From a virus (taxonomy: Duplodnaviria > Caudoviricetes), in the IMG/VR virus record IMGVR_UViG_3300048998_000202: 64,000 nt of DNA. The stretch is one strand, 5' to 3'. A model generated the notes under the pieces. The model had not been told where the DNA came from. It did not search any database and worked only from the letters and a program-made list of their open reading frames with translations. Below, piece by piece: positions 36,430-48,900 of this stretch (positions are counted from its first letter, which is position 1; each line of letters starts with the position of its first letter). The position numbers and the translations under genes are program-made.

Positions 36430-37631
36430 GAGGTCGCCGATCCGTTCTGGAAGATGCGGGCAGCGGCCAAGACATCCTCGAAAAAGCCGCCACCGATACG
36501 GGTCGCCGGGGCGAGGTCGTCCAGGAACGGATTCATCCCGATGATCCAAGCGCGGGCCAGATCGTCGTTCCCGATGATCTCGAAGACCTGTCGGACGCAC
36601 TCCTCCTTCTCGGGGGTGTCCATCAGGCCGACAAGGCCGGGCCACATCGGGGAGTCGCCTACCGCCAGCTCCTTCTCGCGCTCCACGACCTCGTCCAGCC
36701 GGAAGAAGTGGCCGCAGTCCAGGCACGAGCGCGGCGTACGGCCACGGATGGAGATCCACTTCTCGTGCGGGCAGTCGGCCATCGGGATCATGTCCGGCTG
36801 GAGGGCGTCAGTGGGCTCCTGCGGGATCTGGAGGGCCAGGAAGCCCCCGTTGTCCAGGGAGAAGTCCGGGGCCGCCTGGAAGGCCCACGAGGAGCGCTCC
36901 ACGGTCGTGTAGTCGTCCGGGCCCGGCCTGGCATCGAAGGCGGCGATGTGGGTCTTCTGCCACTCCCAGGAGACCCGCTGTTCAGAAGAGGTCTCACGGA
37001 CCACCACTCCCCCACGCCGCGCCCGGTCGCTGTACGTGGTCTTGAAGTTGATGTTCTTCTTGTCCCAGAGCAGCTCCTGCATCTCGGAACTGCTCACGCC
37101 CTGGAGGGTGTGGTGGGAGAAGTGCGCCTGAGCGGCCATGCTGACCGCGTTGCGAATCGCGTCCTTCTGCCGCCACAGGAAGTAGTTGGCCACCTCGATC
37201 CGGGAGGGGATCGTGTAGACCCGACCGTCGAAGACGGCGGGCTTGTTGCCCCGGGGAAGACTCTCGACGTTCTGGCAGGAGCGGTACATGTCGGTGAATT
37301 CACCGGAGGCGATGCTCGCGGCCACCGAGGCCATCTTCTGCACCGAACCACCGAACCAGGGCTCGCTCTGCGGCTCCAGGTCGGCGAGCAGAATCGAGAT
37401 CTCGTCAGACTGGGTGTAGGCGAAGCAGACACCGGACAGCTCCCGACACAGCGCAACGGCGGCCGTGTCCATGGCAGCGATCACGTTGGCGTCGAAGGGC
37501 TTCCCGGCGTTGCGCAGGTGGGTGTGGAAGGCCCGACCATCCACGCGGATGATCGTGTACGTACGGGGCGGCAGGGCCTGTCGGCTCGCCTGCTCGTACC
37601 GCTTCATTCTGTCCCCGAACTCATCGGGCAT
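36426..37631 (-). CDS. thg1: tRNA(His) guanylyltransferase Thg1-like protein with C-terminal extension
   Basis: DRMKRYE, IRVDGRAFH, YTQSDEIS, FDGR and NYFLWRQKDAIRN motifs. Confidence 0.92.
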   Translation of the reverse strand: MPDEFGDRMKRYEQASRQALPPRTYTIIRVDGRAFHTHLRNAGKPFDANVIAAMDTAAVALCRELSGVCFAYTQSDEISILLADLEPQSEPWFGGSVQKMASVAASIASGEFTDMYRSCQNVESLPRGNKPAVFDGRVYTIPSRIEVANYFLWRQKDAIRNAVSMAAQAHFSHHTLQGVSSSEMQELLWDKKNINFKTTYSDRARRGGVVVRETSSEQRVSWEWQKTHIAAFDARPGPDDYTTVERSSWAFQAAPDFSLDNGGFLALQIPQEPTDALQPDMIPMADCPHEKWISIRGRTPRSCLDCGHFFRLDEVVEREKELAVGDSPMWPGLVGLMDTPEKEECVRQVFEIIGNDDLARAWIIGMNPFLDDLAPATRIGGGFFEDVLAAARIFQNGSATS

Positions 37632-37689
37632 GAGGGCTCCTCATCTCTGGCGGGATGTCAAGACTGTACTACACATGGGATTGACGATG

Positions 37690-39920
37690 TCAGGGCATCA
37701 GGGGCATCATGCGGCGGATGGCCATCCGCCGCAAGGTCTCGCGGGCCTCCTGCTCCCGCAGAGCCTTCTCGAAGACCGCGTCCAGTTCAGCGCGGCTCAG
37801 ACCCTCCATGAGCGTGTAGGCCCGACCACCGTCGTGCTCCAGCAGCGCCTCCAGCAGCGAGGCGTAGATGTTCTCCAGTTCCTCGGTCACGTCTCCCCCT
37901 CCATCGCTTCCAGGATCACAGCCGTGGTGACGCTCTTGCCGGGCGCGATGGCGTTGACGCGGCGCTGCATCGTCTCCAGCATCCCGTCGTCCGTTCCGGC
38001 CAGAACCAGGCCCACGATGATCAGGCAGGCGTCCCGGTCTTCCAGGATGACCGGCAGCCACACCTGGTCGTACGACATCGCCCAGCCGCCCATGCGGGTG
38101 TCCAGCGGGCGCAACGCGAACGCCCCTATCTGCTCGTCCTCACCCATGCTGGGACCTCCATACGCATTCCCGGCTGTGCCAGGTGACGCCCATGCCCTCG
38201 TGGCCGCAGTCGCAGTCCACGGTCTTCACTCCGTTCTGATCCAGACCGTGACCGCTCATGCCCTGCCCGCAGGCGCATGTGCAGCTCTCATCGGCCCCCA
38301 GCGGCTCGCACTCGGCATGGCGGCCCGCCCAGCACCTCCAGCCCGGCGCAGGCCCCCACAGCCCCAGGGGATCGTTCAGCTCCCGGTCGGTCCTTATCGT
38401 GTCCGGCTCCCAGGGCATCCTCAGCATCACCACCAGCCGGTCGTGGGCGGCCTTGGAGGACACATTGCGCGGTCCCTCCAGCAGTTCCAGGGCGTACTTG
38501 GCCAGCTTCTTGCGGAAGGCGTCCTCAGCCTCCTCCTGCTCGACCCGCATACGTTTCTGGTCGCTGAGATAGGCCGCTATCTTGTGGATCGCCCGTATGT
38601 CCGGCACCGGCACATGCACCCACTGGTGCTCGCAGCACTCCCCGTAGCGGGGCTTTTGCGGCAGCCGGATCTCCCCCACCGTGGGGCAGAAGTACGGATC
38701 GTTCACCCCTGAGACTCCTTCGCCTCCACCTCAAGCACCGGCACATCCCCAGAATTCAACCGCTTGTTGAGAGCCATCACCGTCCGCTCGGTCAGGGGAG
38801 CGTTGACCTTCTCCGCATAGGTAGCAGCCGCCAGCGCCTCGGGATTGACGATGCGCTCCACCACGGTCACGGTGCCCGGAAGATGACACGAACAGACGCA
38901 CCCGGAACCGCAGAACTTGCACTGCGCAGGGATCTTGTCGCCCTGGGAGCCGGTGTTGGACTGGCAGTAACCGTGCTCGCCGTGACGGCAACCCGTGGAC
39001 AGGTAGCGGTGGCCGCTGCGCTCGATGTACCCGTTGTAAGCCGTGATGGCCGTACGGGCATTGCCCCGCCACATCGTCCAGAACGGGTGGTCCTTGTCGG
39101 GCAGCTCCTCGTGCGGCTCCAGACCCACCGAATTCATCAGATCGTGCCGGGCGAGAGCGGTGGCGACATGCTCCAGCGGGGTGTTCTCACTGACGTGCTC
39201 CCCCACCGGGTGGTGACGCTTGCGGGGGATGGCGTGCGTCTCGTGACAGGCCACGTCGCAGTCGTCGTCACAGTCGCTCGGACAGTCCGCCAGATAGTCG
39301 GTGAGCATCGCCTGGAGGGTGACGGCGTCCTCACGGGTGCAGACGATGCCTTCTGTCTCGGAGCCGTCGGCGGCGTACACGGGCAGATGCAGCAGGCCGT
39401 CGTCCTCGGTGTGGATGGTCTGCGCCCAGATGTAGGCGCACTCGGAGAGGTACTGGTCCCGGTACGTCCTGGCCAACGCCTGGAGCCGCAACAGCTCCTG
39501 CCTGGCCTCGTCCGCATCCGAGGGCATCTTGATCGTGGTGGGGTCCTGCTGGCCCAGGTGGATCAGCGGACCGGTGTACTCGTCGCGGGCCTGGTCGCTG
39601 AGGTACTGCGCGATGGCCTCGATCCCGGGGGTGGAGTAGCCGAGGTAGACGTGCAGTTCGGGATGGGCGCAGCAGACCTTGAAACCACCGTGCCCCGTGG
39701 ACTCGATCTCCCCCACGGTGGGACAGAAGTACAGGTCGCCGACCGACCGCAGATCCCCGATCCCGGGGCACCGTCGCGCAGTGCGGTTGAGCATGTACTT
39801 GTGCGGCGGGTGCGACTTGGTGCGCGTGCACGGCAGGGGCTGCCCCACCGGGTCCAGAGCCGGACAGATGTCGGCGTGGACGTCGGTGGTACCGCAACCG
39901 TCACAAGGCTTCGTCGTCAT
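37690..39920 (-). other. operon of four hypothetical genes (37690-37890, 37887-38147, 38140-38706, 38703-39920), two sharing a YFCPTVGEI Cys/His module
   Basis: Overlapping start/stop codons. 'YFCPTVGEI...CC.H..HV......I..IA.YLSDQ' occurs in both 38140-38706 and 38703-39920. Confidence 0.6.
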
Positions 39921-39982
39921 GGCTCTCCTCTCGACACGGCGAGCCCGGCCCCAGGAAAGGCCGGGCTCCCGCAGGGAATGGA

Positions 39983-40318
39983 TCAGTGCTTGGTCGTGGT
40001 CTTCTTCGCCTTGGTGGTCTTGGCCGCCTTGGGCGTGCTGTACGAGTTCTTGCCGGTCGTGGACGTCGGCGAGGTCGTCTTCTTGCGGTCGTTCTTGCTG
40101 CGGGTGTCGTTGACCACGCAGGGCGCGGCCTCGTGGTGGCTGATCTCGATGCCGTCGCTGTCGGGGGTGTACGAGCAGTAGCGGATACCGTGATAGGTGC
40201 CCACCGGGCTGATCGTGCCGGTGCCGTGACTGCTGGCGCCGCAGGCGGTGGCGAGGGTGCCGAGCGCCATCACCACACCGGTCGCGGCAGTGGCGATCTT
40301 GATCTGACGACGGTTCAT
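39983..40318 (-). CDS. predicted lipoprotein
   Basis: Signal peptide MNRRQIKIATAATGVVMALGTLATA-C (lipobox) and a Lys/Thr-rich tail. Confidence 0.65.
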   Translation of the reverse strand: MNRRQIKIATAATGVVMALGTLATACGASSHGTGTISPVGTYHGIRYCSYTPDSDGIEISHHEAAPCVVNDTRSKNDRKKTTSPTSTTGKNSYSTPKAAKTTKAKKTTTKH

Positions 40319-40615
40319 CGAAGCAACTCCAAGGATTCTCTGGCGGATTGGACATCCGCACGCTACTCCAACAATCCTTGGAGAGTCAAGCAGAAAGCCC
40401 CCTGGTGTCAGGGGGCTTTCTGCTTGCGTCAACGCGACTTCGGGTCAGGACCACCCGGGCCCTTCGGATCGGTCGAGCAACCGCCACGGCGGCAGTCCGG
40501 ATTGGGGCAGGACATGGGGATCACCTCCTTCCACACGAAGGCGGAGGCACCGTTCGCCACCAAGGGGCATGGTGCCGATAACACTGGGCGCAGCACCAGA
40601 TGCGCATGGTCCAGG

Positions 40616-41278
40616 TCACCCGTTCGGTCCCTTCACCTTCGGGATGCCCGGCAACCCCTGCAAGAGGTCCACCGCCATGTTGTACGCCGTCGTGGCGCCC
40701 ATCTTGGTGCCGTCGGTCAAGAAGGTCACCAGGCGCTTCCTGGCGGCCTCCACGGCCTCCTCCACGGCATGGGAGGAAAGAGCCGTCACACCGTTGCCGA
40801 AGTGCGAGGGGTCGTCCTTGGGCTTGTTGCACACCTTGCAGATGTCCACCCAGTGATCGAGCATCACGTTGGTGACCTTCTGGTGGCCGTAGCTGAACCA
40901 GTGCTCACCCCCGTGCGTACGCAGGCCGACGATGATCTCGTCCTTCTCGGTGAGCTGGCGCTCCATCCGCTGGGCCCTCGCCACCGCCTGTTCGGTGTCC
41001 GCAGTCGCCGTCCCCAGGGTTCGACGCAGCCCGTCACGCTCGGCCTTGAGGTCCTCGATCTCGTTCTGGAGGTTCTCGATGTCCTGGCGCTGAAGGGCGT
41101 TCTCTTCCCGGTGCTGATCCAGTTGGGCCAGCACAGCAACCATGTCGTCCCTCTCCAGGGCGTGCGCGGTACGCGGCCATCCCCCCTGCCGGGAGTAAAC
41201 GAACTCCCCAGTCATCGACTGCTCCAGGTACAGCCGCATGCGCTCCTCGGCCGTGACGGCCCTGTCCTCGTCACCCAT
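40616..41278 (-). CDS. coiled-coil hypothetical protein
   Basis: MGDEDRAV... with heptad repeats and CKVC. Confidence 0.55.
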   Translation of the reverse strand: MGDEDRAVTAEERMRLYLEQSMTGEFVYSRQGGWPRTAHALERDDMVAVLAQLDQHREENALQRQDIENLQNEIEDLKAERDGLRRTLGTATADTEQAVARAQRMERQLTEKDEIIVGLRTHGGEHWFSYGHQKVTNVMLDHWVDICKVCNKPKDDPSHFGNGVTALSSHAVEEAVEAARKRLVTFLTDGTKMGATTAYNMAVDLLQGLPGIPKVKGPNG

Positions 41279-41792
41279 CGGTCTTCGCCTCCTGCGGGAT
41301 GTGGGAGATGCCGTCGGCCCCGATGACGCCCTCGGGCTGGATCTGCTTCTGCCACTCCAGCCGGGTGTGCGCCTCACACAGGCCGAACTCCCACGTGGAC
41401 ACGTCCGGTTCGTGGTACGCCGAAAACAGCGACCGCACCCGGTAGTGGGCGTTGAGGACCTCGAAGACCTCCCAGCGACGGGAGCCGGGACCGATGCCCT
41501 CGGTGATGATCGAGCCCTTCTTGTACCGGGGCTCACGGGGCAGGGGCGACACCTCAAAGTCGCCGCCCTCCTGCTGCGCCGTCAGGGCCGCCAGCACCTC
41601 GGGGTTGGCGTGCACCTCGGCGGTGGTCTTCCAGGCGAAGACGAGCTCTTCGGCCTCCATCTCGTAATCCACCCACGTGGGGGCGGACAGCGAGCAATGG
41701 GTGGCATCGAGCTGGAGGTACAACTCCTGCCAGAACCGGGTGCGCTCGTGCTCGGGCAGGAACTTGACCCAGGGAAGGATCTCGTTGCTCAT
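41271..41792 (-). CDS. antitoxin-like (actinobacterial Phd C-terminal-like) protein
   Basis: LPWVKFLPEHERTRFWQEL...AWKTTAEVHANPEVLAAL. Confidence 0.6.
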   Translation of the reverse strand: MSNEILPWVKFLPEHERTRFWQELYLQLDATHCSLSAPTWVDYEMEAEELVFAWKTTAEVHANPEVLAALTAQQEGGDFEVSPLPREPRYKKGSIITEGIGPGSRRWEVFEVLNAHYRVRSLFSAYHEPDVSTWEFGLCEAHTRLEWQKQIQPEGVIGADGISHIPQEAKTDG

Positions 41793-41794
41793 GG

Positions 41795-42010
41795 TCAGTC
41801 CACCGCCTTCTCGGACCGGACCGGCTTGGCGTCGGCGAGGGCCTTGTGGGTGGCGACGACCCCGTCCACGTTGGCCAGGCCCTGCTCCCAGGAGGGCGAC
41901 TCCCCGTCCTCGTCGTAGTCGGGCCGCAGGGCGCTGCCCAGCTTCAGGATGAAGTCGTGGGCCTCGCGCTCGGTCAGGTCGGACAGCCAGGGGAACGCGG
42001 TGCTCTCCAT
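41795..42010 (-). CDS. small paralog of the downstream antitoxin-like domain
   Basis: FPWLSDLTEREAHDFILKL. Confidence 0.5.
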   Translation of the reverse strand: MESTAFPWLSDLTEREAHDFILKLGSALRPDYDEDGESPSWEQGLANVDGVVATHKALADAKPVRSEKAVD

Positions 42011-42373
42011 CGGTACTCCTCAGCAGTGGTCGGTCGGCAGGACAGCGTCAGGGGCGCAGGAAGGGACGGTCTTGACGACGGCAACCCCTGGCGCCTGTGG
42101 TACAGCACTCGGCCCTGGCATGAGGCCCCTGGCGAGAAGCGTCACGGCCAGTACGCCGAAGATGGCGATGGACAGGACGTTGCCGATCAGACGGGGCTGC
42201 CGGTCCCTGCGGATTCGCAGGGCGGGCGTGTAGCTCACGGTGGTGCACTCCTTGACGATGTCAAGACTACTCCAAGGATTGTTGGAGAGTCAAGGGGGAT
42301 GACGGGGTTGACGGAGGCAAGACTAAGCCCCCGCCGTCCACACGGACGAGGGGGCTCGGTCGGGCCGGACCGC

Positions 42374-42718
42374 TCAGCCGGAGACCTTCTGGAGAGTGCC
42401 CTTCGGCGCCTTCCTGATGGCGCTGCCCTCCACGGGCAGGAACCTCTCCCGGTTCATCAGCGCCCGCAGGCTCTTGCCCGGCCGGAACCGCACCTTGCGC
42501 GTCGCCGGAACCAGCACCTTGTGTCCCGTCGCGGGATTGCGCGCCATACGCGCACCGATGTCGACCGCCTCCAGGGTGCCGAAACCGGTGATGGCCACGT
42601 AACCGTTCTCCACCACCTCGCGCACCATCGTGTCGAACACGACCTCGACGGCCTGCTCGGCAGTGAACCGGTTGCCGTGCAGCTCGCGCACACGGTAGAT
42701 GAGTTGGGCCTTGTTCAT
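42374..42718 (-). CDS. HU/IHF family DNA-binding protein
   Basis: MNKAQLI..VAITGFGTL..ARMARNPATG..VPATRKVRFRPGKSLR. Confidence 0.92.
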   Translation of the reverse strand: MNKAQLIYRVRELHGNRFTAEQAVEVVFDTMVREVVENGYVAITGFGTLEAVDIGARMARNPATGHKVLVPATRKVRFRPGKSLRALMNRERFLPVEGSAIRKAPKGTLQKVSG

Positions 42719-42875
42719 GAAACCTCCAGGGTCAGAATCTCTGGCGGGACCAAGCGTACTCACAGGATTGCCGGAGCGCTACCCAACTACCTTTATGGGT
42801 TGGCCTCTTGCAGCGCTCATCGTTTCAGCACACGAAAAGGCCCCGAGGACTAGGTGTCCTCGGGGCCTTTTGTCG

Positions 42876-42949
42876 TAGCGCGGACCAGATTCGAACTGGC
42901 GACCTGTGGGTTATGAGCCCACCGAGCTACCGAACTGCTCCACCGCGCG
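42876..42949 (-). tRNA. tRNA-fMet (CAT)
   Basis: Cloverleaf with anticodon loop CTCATAA, unpaired C1 and GGG/CCC in the anticodon stem. CTGACA-17-TATCGT promoter upstream. Confidence 0.92.
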
Positions 42950-42981
42950 GCTGCCCACGATAGCCGACACGGGAAGCGGTG

Positions 42982-45900
42982 TCAGCTCCGAATCCCTCCC
43001 ACGTCCCGGTTGAACGGGTGCCGCCACTGGTACGTCGCCCTCGGCCCCTTGGCCATGCAGCCGTCGCACGACTCTCCCCATGCCGGGCCCCATCGGTGCT
43101 TTTTGTACGAACAACCACAGAAGCACACATCGTCGTCCATGCTGTTCTGTGGCGCCTCGGGAACCTCCAGGTCCCCCATCAGTCCTCCGGAGGACGGCCG
43201 GGGATGTCCACTCCCCCGCCGAAGCTCGGCCCGTAGTAGCCATTCATGACCCTGTTGAACTTCCGCATCAACCGGATGTGCAGACCGAGCGTCACCGCGC
43301 CGATCAACAGCATGCTCGACAGGAACTGCACGAAGAACGCAGGATCATGGCCCGTGACGGCCTTCCACATCCGGTCTACGAGGACCGAGGCGATCGCTCC
43401 CGTAGCGAGGTTGATCAGAAACCTCTTGGGCGTCCATTCCGGATCGATCCGGCGAACCCACGCGAACATCAGACCTTCGCCCCCTTGAGCTTGGGGTGCT
43501 TCGGGCAGATGTCCCGGCCGAGCTTGTCCTTGCGCCAGCCCTTGAGCTTGGCGCTCTGGCGCAGGATCGCCGCCGTGGTACCGGTCGCCATGCAACCGCG
43601 AGAATCGTCCTGCGGGCACACGTCGCACACCAGCCGGGACACCCCGTCGCTCTTGCTGTAACCCATCAGACCTCTTCCGAAGAGAACTCGTGCCGCCAGT
43701 GGTAGTTGGTGGCACCGCCAAGGGCACCGCACATCTGGCACGAAGCGCCCCACGTGTCGGTGGTCTTGGTGTGCTGACTACGGATGTGCCCACACCTGCA
43801 CACGTCCTCCACCGCGAGGTCCTCGTCCTCCTGCTGCCGGACGGCGTAGGTGGCGTCGATCGCCGCAGCCGTGCCCTGCGCCTCGTCGTACTGCACGAGG
43901 GGGGCACGCATGCCCTCCATGTGAACCGGCGGCGCCTCCTCGGTGAACCACTCGTGGGCCGCCAGGGCAGCCGCCGTCTGGGCCACATTCCTCTTGGACG
44001 CTCCCGGCCCGGCCACCTCAGCGGCCTTCACCCACAGGGGATGCTCCTGCTGCCCGTCCCGGTCGTAGGGGATCTGCCACAGGTCGGCCAGGAGACGCGC
44101 CACGCCCCTCACACGCTCGTCGGGGACACCCGGCGGCACGATGGCCCTCAAACGGTCCAGGAAGTCCTCCTGGGGGCTCTCAGGGGCTTCGTTGAAGGCG
44201 TGGTACTCGTCAGTCCCACTGCACTCGGTGCAGTAGTCCTTGGAACCCTCCTCCGGCAACGATGCGGTGTGCCGCTCCTCGGCGTGGTGGCAGACGGAGC
44301 ACATCAGCTCCGGCACAGCGGGGACGTCCTTGTCGGGCGCGTGCCGGTCCGGGTGGCAGCAGTCCTGGCCGTCGCACACGCAGGGGAAGTCGTGGTTGCC
44401 GAAGTGGCAGCACTGACAGTTCCTGCGGGTCGCCTTCAGCACCAGTTCGGGGTACTTCTCCCGCCACTCCTTCCCGGCCTCGTGGTAGAGGGACGCCCCC
44501 TTCTCCCAGCGTTCGGGCACGCCCTCGATGTAGTCGTCCAGCAGGCCGCGCAGCTCCATGGCGTGGAACAGGCTCAGATGGGCCGTGGCCTCCTCGGGCT
44601 TGATGCCCCGGTGCTCGTCGGCGAGACAGACGTTCAGCCACACGTGAGGGCCTCTGGCCGCAGAGGACTCGTACACTCGCAGCCGGTGACCGTGGTCGGT
44701 CTCTACGGCCCCGTACTGCTCGAAGCCCCGCTCGCTCAGTTCGGCCATCACAGCACCGCCAGGGCGAACTCGTGGCGCCACGAGCGCTCATCGTCGCTGG
44801 GGCACTGCACGCACTGCGCCCCACCGAGCTTGGTGGCGTCCTCGTGGGCCTTACGGGCGCAGCCACAGATGCAGATGTCCTCGGGGCTGCCGGTGCCGTC
44901 CTCGGGGGCCGCCTGGACATTCGTCGAGAGCGCGATCTGGTGCAGGTGACCCTGGGCCCATCCGAGGTGGGCCGCCTCGTCCTTATCGCACCTGACGCAC
45001 GAGATTCCGGACGGCTCGGACAGAGGGGTGGCCGTCTGTCGACTGCTCTGCGCCAGCCGCTCCTTGGCCTTGCGAATCTCGCTGGCCCGCAAGGCTCCGA
45101 TGTCGACCTGGGTCATCCGGAAGACATCCCCGGGCTCCATGAACGCGGCATCACGCTGGTCACGACCAGCGGCGCTACGGATGGTCTCCAGCATCCCTTC
45201 CAGGGTGTCGATCACCGCGCTGAGACCGTTGATCGTGGTCTCGTTGCGCTTCATCTGGGCCTCGTACTGCTCCTTCGTACGGTCGAAGCCCTTGAGCAGC
45301 TCCTGCTGCTGACGGTCGTGAGCGGCCTTCACCTCACGTACCGCCTGCGCCCATTCGTCGTCCAGCGCGTTCAGGGCCCGCACGATCTCGGGGATCGTGG
45401 GGAGTCGGTCGGACATACGCCCTCCTCGGGTCTCTGGCAGGTGCCCAAAGTACTCCAAGGATTGTTGGAGAGTCAAGCAGGCTTTTTAAAATGCAGAAAG
45501 CCGCCTCCCGGGAAGGGGAGACGGCCTCTATGCACGACGTGAACGCGCAGAACGATGCTACATGCTGCGGGCCTTGACGATGAGGGGAACCAGCACCCAG
45601 CACAACAGGCCGAATGCCACCAGGTTGCTCCACCCGGCATACCGGGGAGCGGCACCCGCAGAGGTGCGCCATCCCCACCCCAGTGCCCCGGCGAAGAGGA
45701 AGAGCACGGCGGCCAGCACATACAGGATCAGATACAAGGCGTCCATGCGGTGCGTATGCCCCCGCAGTTGTCAGGTACTCGAAGTGTTCTTGAGTACCTG
45801 CTCCTCCCCCAGCTCCCGCTCGCGCTGCTTGAGCTGGGCCACGTCGAACCGGGCCAGCAGACGCCCCTGCCGGGAGAACAGCACGGTCACGGCCTCCAGT

Positions 45901-48900
45901 ACCCCCTCGCGCCACTTGGTGTTGGAGCGCAGCCGACGGTAGGGGCCGGGCCTCATGGTGATCGCGATGACCTCCTTGTGGGCCAGCGCCATAAGATTGG
46001 CCTCGTGCACGGCCAGGACCGCCTTGGCCTCCTGGGTGTCGTACCCCCAGTGGGACTTCAGGGCGTTGACGATGTGGAGCTCTCGGAGTTCCGGCGTCAT
46101 TTCCTTCAGCTTCATCATGATCTCCTTCGGAACATCTCTGGCAGTTTGGGTAGCATACACCCAGAATTGTTGGAGTGACAAGGGGCTCAATGTGTGCTTA
46201 CGGCACCGTGATCACAATGGGTCCCGAAGACGTCGGCTCAGGGGTGGGCGACACCGACTCCGAGGGCACACCGGACGAGGACTCCGAAGGACTCGGGCTG
46301 CCCGTGCCGCCAGTGGGAGTGGGGACAGGCGTAGAGATGGGCGTGGGTGCGGACGAAGGCTGCGGTGCCGTCGTAGGGGCTTGGACGGGGGCTGTGGGCT
46401 CCGGGGAGTCCTCCACGGGACTCGGGGAGGCACCAGGGCTCACCGAGGGCGCAGAAGGCGCCGACAGGGGCACGGCTATCACCGCCGGGGACGAGGGGAG
46501 CACGGAGGGCGCAGGAGCCGCGTAGGACTGGGTGGACGGCTCGGGACCCTGCGGATACTCCCGGGTCACCACCGGCACCACCGATTCCCGGGACTGCGGC
46601 ATATCCGACCTCCATCCGGACCGCACCATCGCGTACGACGCGAACCCCAGCACCACCACCGAGGCCGCCATCGCCGCCAGCAGGTGGTCTCCACGCCTGA
46701 TCGGCATTCTCGGGCCCTTCGTCGGCCGGGGCGGACGCATCGCCGGGTGCCTGCCGTAGTAGTGGTCGAACAACGGGGTGTGCACCAGATGCGGGGCGTC
46801 CATGGTCAGTATCGGATCGTTGATCAGATGCGGGGGCAGCACCGGCATTTCTGGCAGCAGGGGCACGAGGGGAACGACCGGGATCGAGGGGATCTCCTGG
46901 GTCACCGCGTCATCCGGATCGTGGTCCAGCTCCGGGAAACTCGGGACCGGCAACTCCAACGTGTGTTCGGCTGTGCGCTCGGCATCGTCCATGGGATCAA
47001 ACTCCTCTTCTGGCGGGATCAGGAGAATACGAACGGCCCGGATCTTTTCCAGACCCGGGCCGTTCGACACATGGTCAGCTCAGTGCGCAGGGCACTGCGA
47101 GCTGAGGCACCGGTGCGTGTAGCACCACTCGGGGTCGCGCTCGGGGTCCTTCGGAGGCTCCGGGGGCGGGGGCGGAGTCGGGGGACTGGCCATCTACTGC
47201 TCCTCGGTGGTGCCGTCCAGGAACACCAGGAAGACACTCGCGTCCTCCACGACATCCGTGGCCTTGGTGTCCTTGGACATCACTCCCCCGCGCTTGACCT
47301 CCACCAGCCGCAGAGCCCACTCCAGGGCCTGCACCCGGTCACCGCGACAGATGCGCGGGGACGCGGATATGGCTTCGTCCTTCAGCGCGGTCGTCAGCGC
47401 GTCGTACTGCTCCTCGGTGGGTTCCTGCGGCAGCAGGGAGTCGGAGACCCGGGGATACCGCGAGGGGTGGAGTTTGGCCGGGAGGATCTGGATGTCGGCG
47501 TTGGCCTCGTCCTGCTCCTCGATCTCGTCCGCCAAATGACGGGCATCGGCGTAGGTGTCCTCGATGTCGGTGTCCCTCTGCTCCCCCGCGAACAGGTAGC
47601 GCACGAAGGAGGGGCCGGTGCGTTCCAGATAGTGCTCCTGGGTGATGACCGCGTGGACGGTGTGTCCCTCGTCCTCCAGGCGAGCGGCCTCCAGATACGC
47701 CTCACTCTGGGTCGAGATACGACTGAACAGCGTGCTGCTCGTGTTCTTCGCCAGGAACATCACCCGGTACTCGCCGGGCTCCTCGGACTCTTGGATCTGC
47801 TTGTCAGACATGGTCGTCCTCCGTGACCCGGCGACTCATGGCCACCTTCCACAGCGAGGCGACCGCCAGGGCTCCGACGAAGGACAAGCAGCCCATGAGG
47901 ATGAAGTACCCCCACAAGGGCCCACTCAGGGCCGCCGCGAAACACGCCAGCCCCATGACCACAAGCGCCGCCGTCATCATCCGGAACATCCGAGTGACCA
48001 GGGCCCCCGACCACGAACGCTCCTTGCGGTGCCGGAAGATCAGCACCACCGTGTAGACGGTCAGGCCCAGGGCCACGAAGACCAGCCCCCACGCCACGTT
48101 CTCCATATCGCTCCTCACGTGTTCACGGCCGCCGTACGACGGCGTCCCTCGAACTTCTTGGCCCACTTGCGTAGGCGCTTCTTGGTGTTGTCTCCCCCGC
48201 CGTTGATCCACCACAGGTGGAGGAAGATCCCGAGGAAAACGGCGGCGATCAGGGAATCCACCGTGTCGGGAACCAACACGGTGTCCTTGAGGAGGAACAG
48301 CCCCATAGCCGCAGAACCCAACCCATAGAAGGTCCTCAAACCGAAACGGCCCTGCACGAACAGAATGAGGACGCCCAGCAGGAGAGCATCGAGCACAAAC
48401 GCGAACATCAAATTCAGATCCACACGGATCTCCTCAACGTCGGTATCTCTGGCGTGAGTTCACGCTACCCCAAGAATCCTTGGAGTGGCAAGGTGGCGGA
48501 CGGGAAGCCTTCGAATCTAAGGCCCCGACCCTTGGACCCGACCCATACGACCGAAGGCCAGACCGGAGTCTGGCCTTCGAATCAGTCCTCGCCGTACGCC
48601 TTGCTCCGGCTGTACCGACGCTTCACCCCGATCTTCTTCAGCACCGACCACGGCACCTTGTCGATCGTCTTCGCACCCTTGTACTTGCCGGGCTTGCACA
48701 ACGCGCAGCCCTTCCAGCTCGTGTGCGGGCTCTGCTTGACCATATGGACCCCTTAGGGCCTCGCCCCGCCTTGGGGCTGAGGCGGGGACGGGAAGGTCTC
48801 CCACGAGCTGCTCATCAGCAGTCCCAGCACCTCCTGTTGTGGCGGGCACAGAAACCGTCGTAGACCTTGGCGCTCCAGCAGGGCAGCAGCAGACGGTGTG

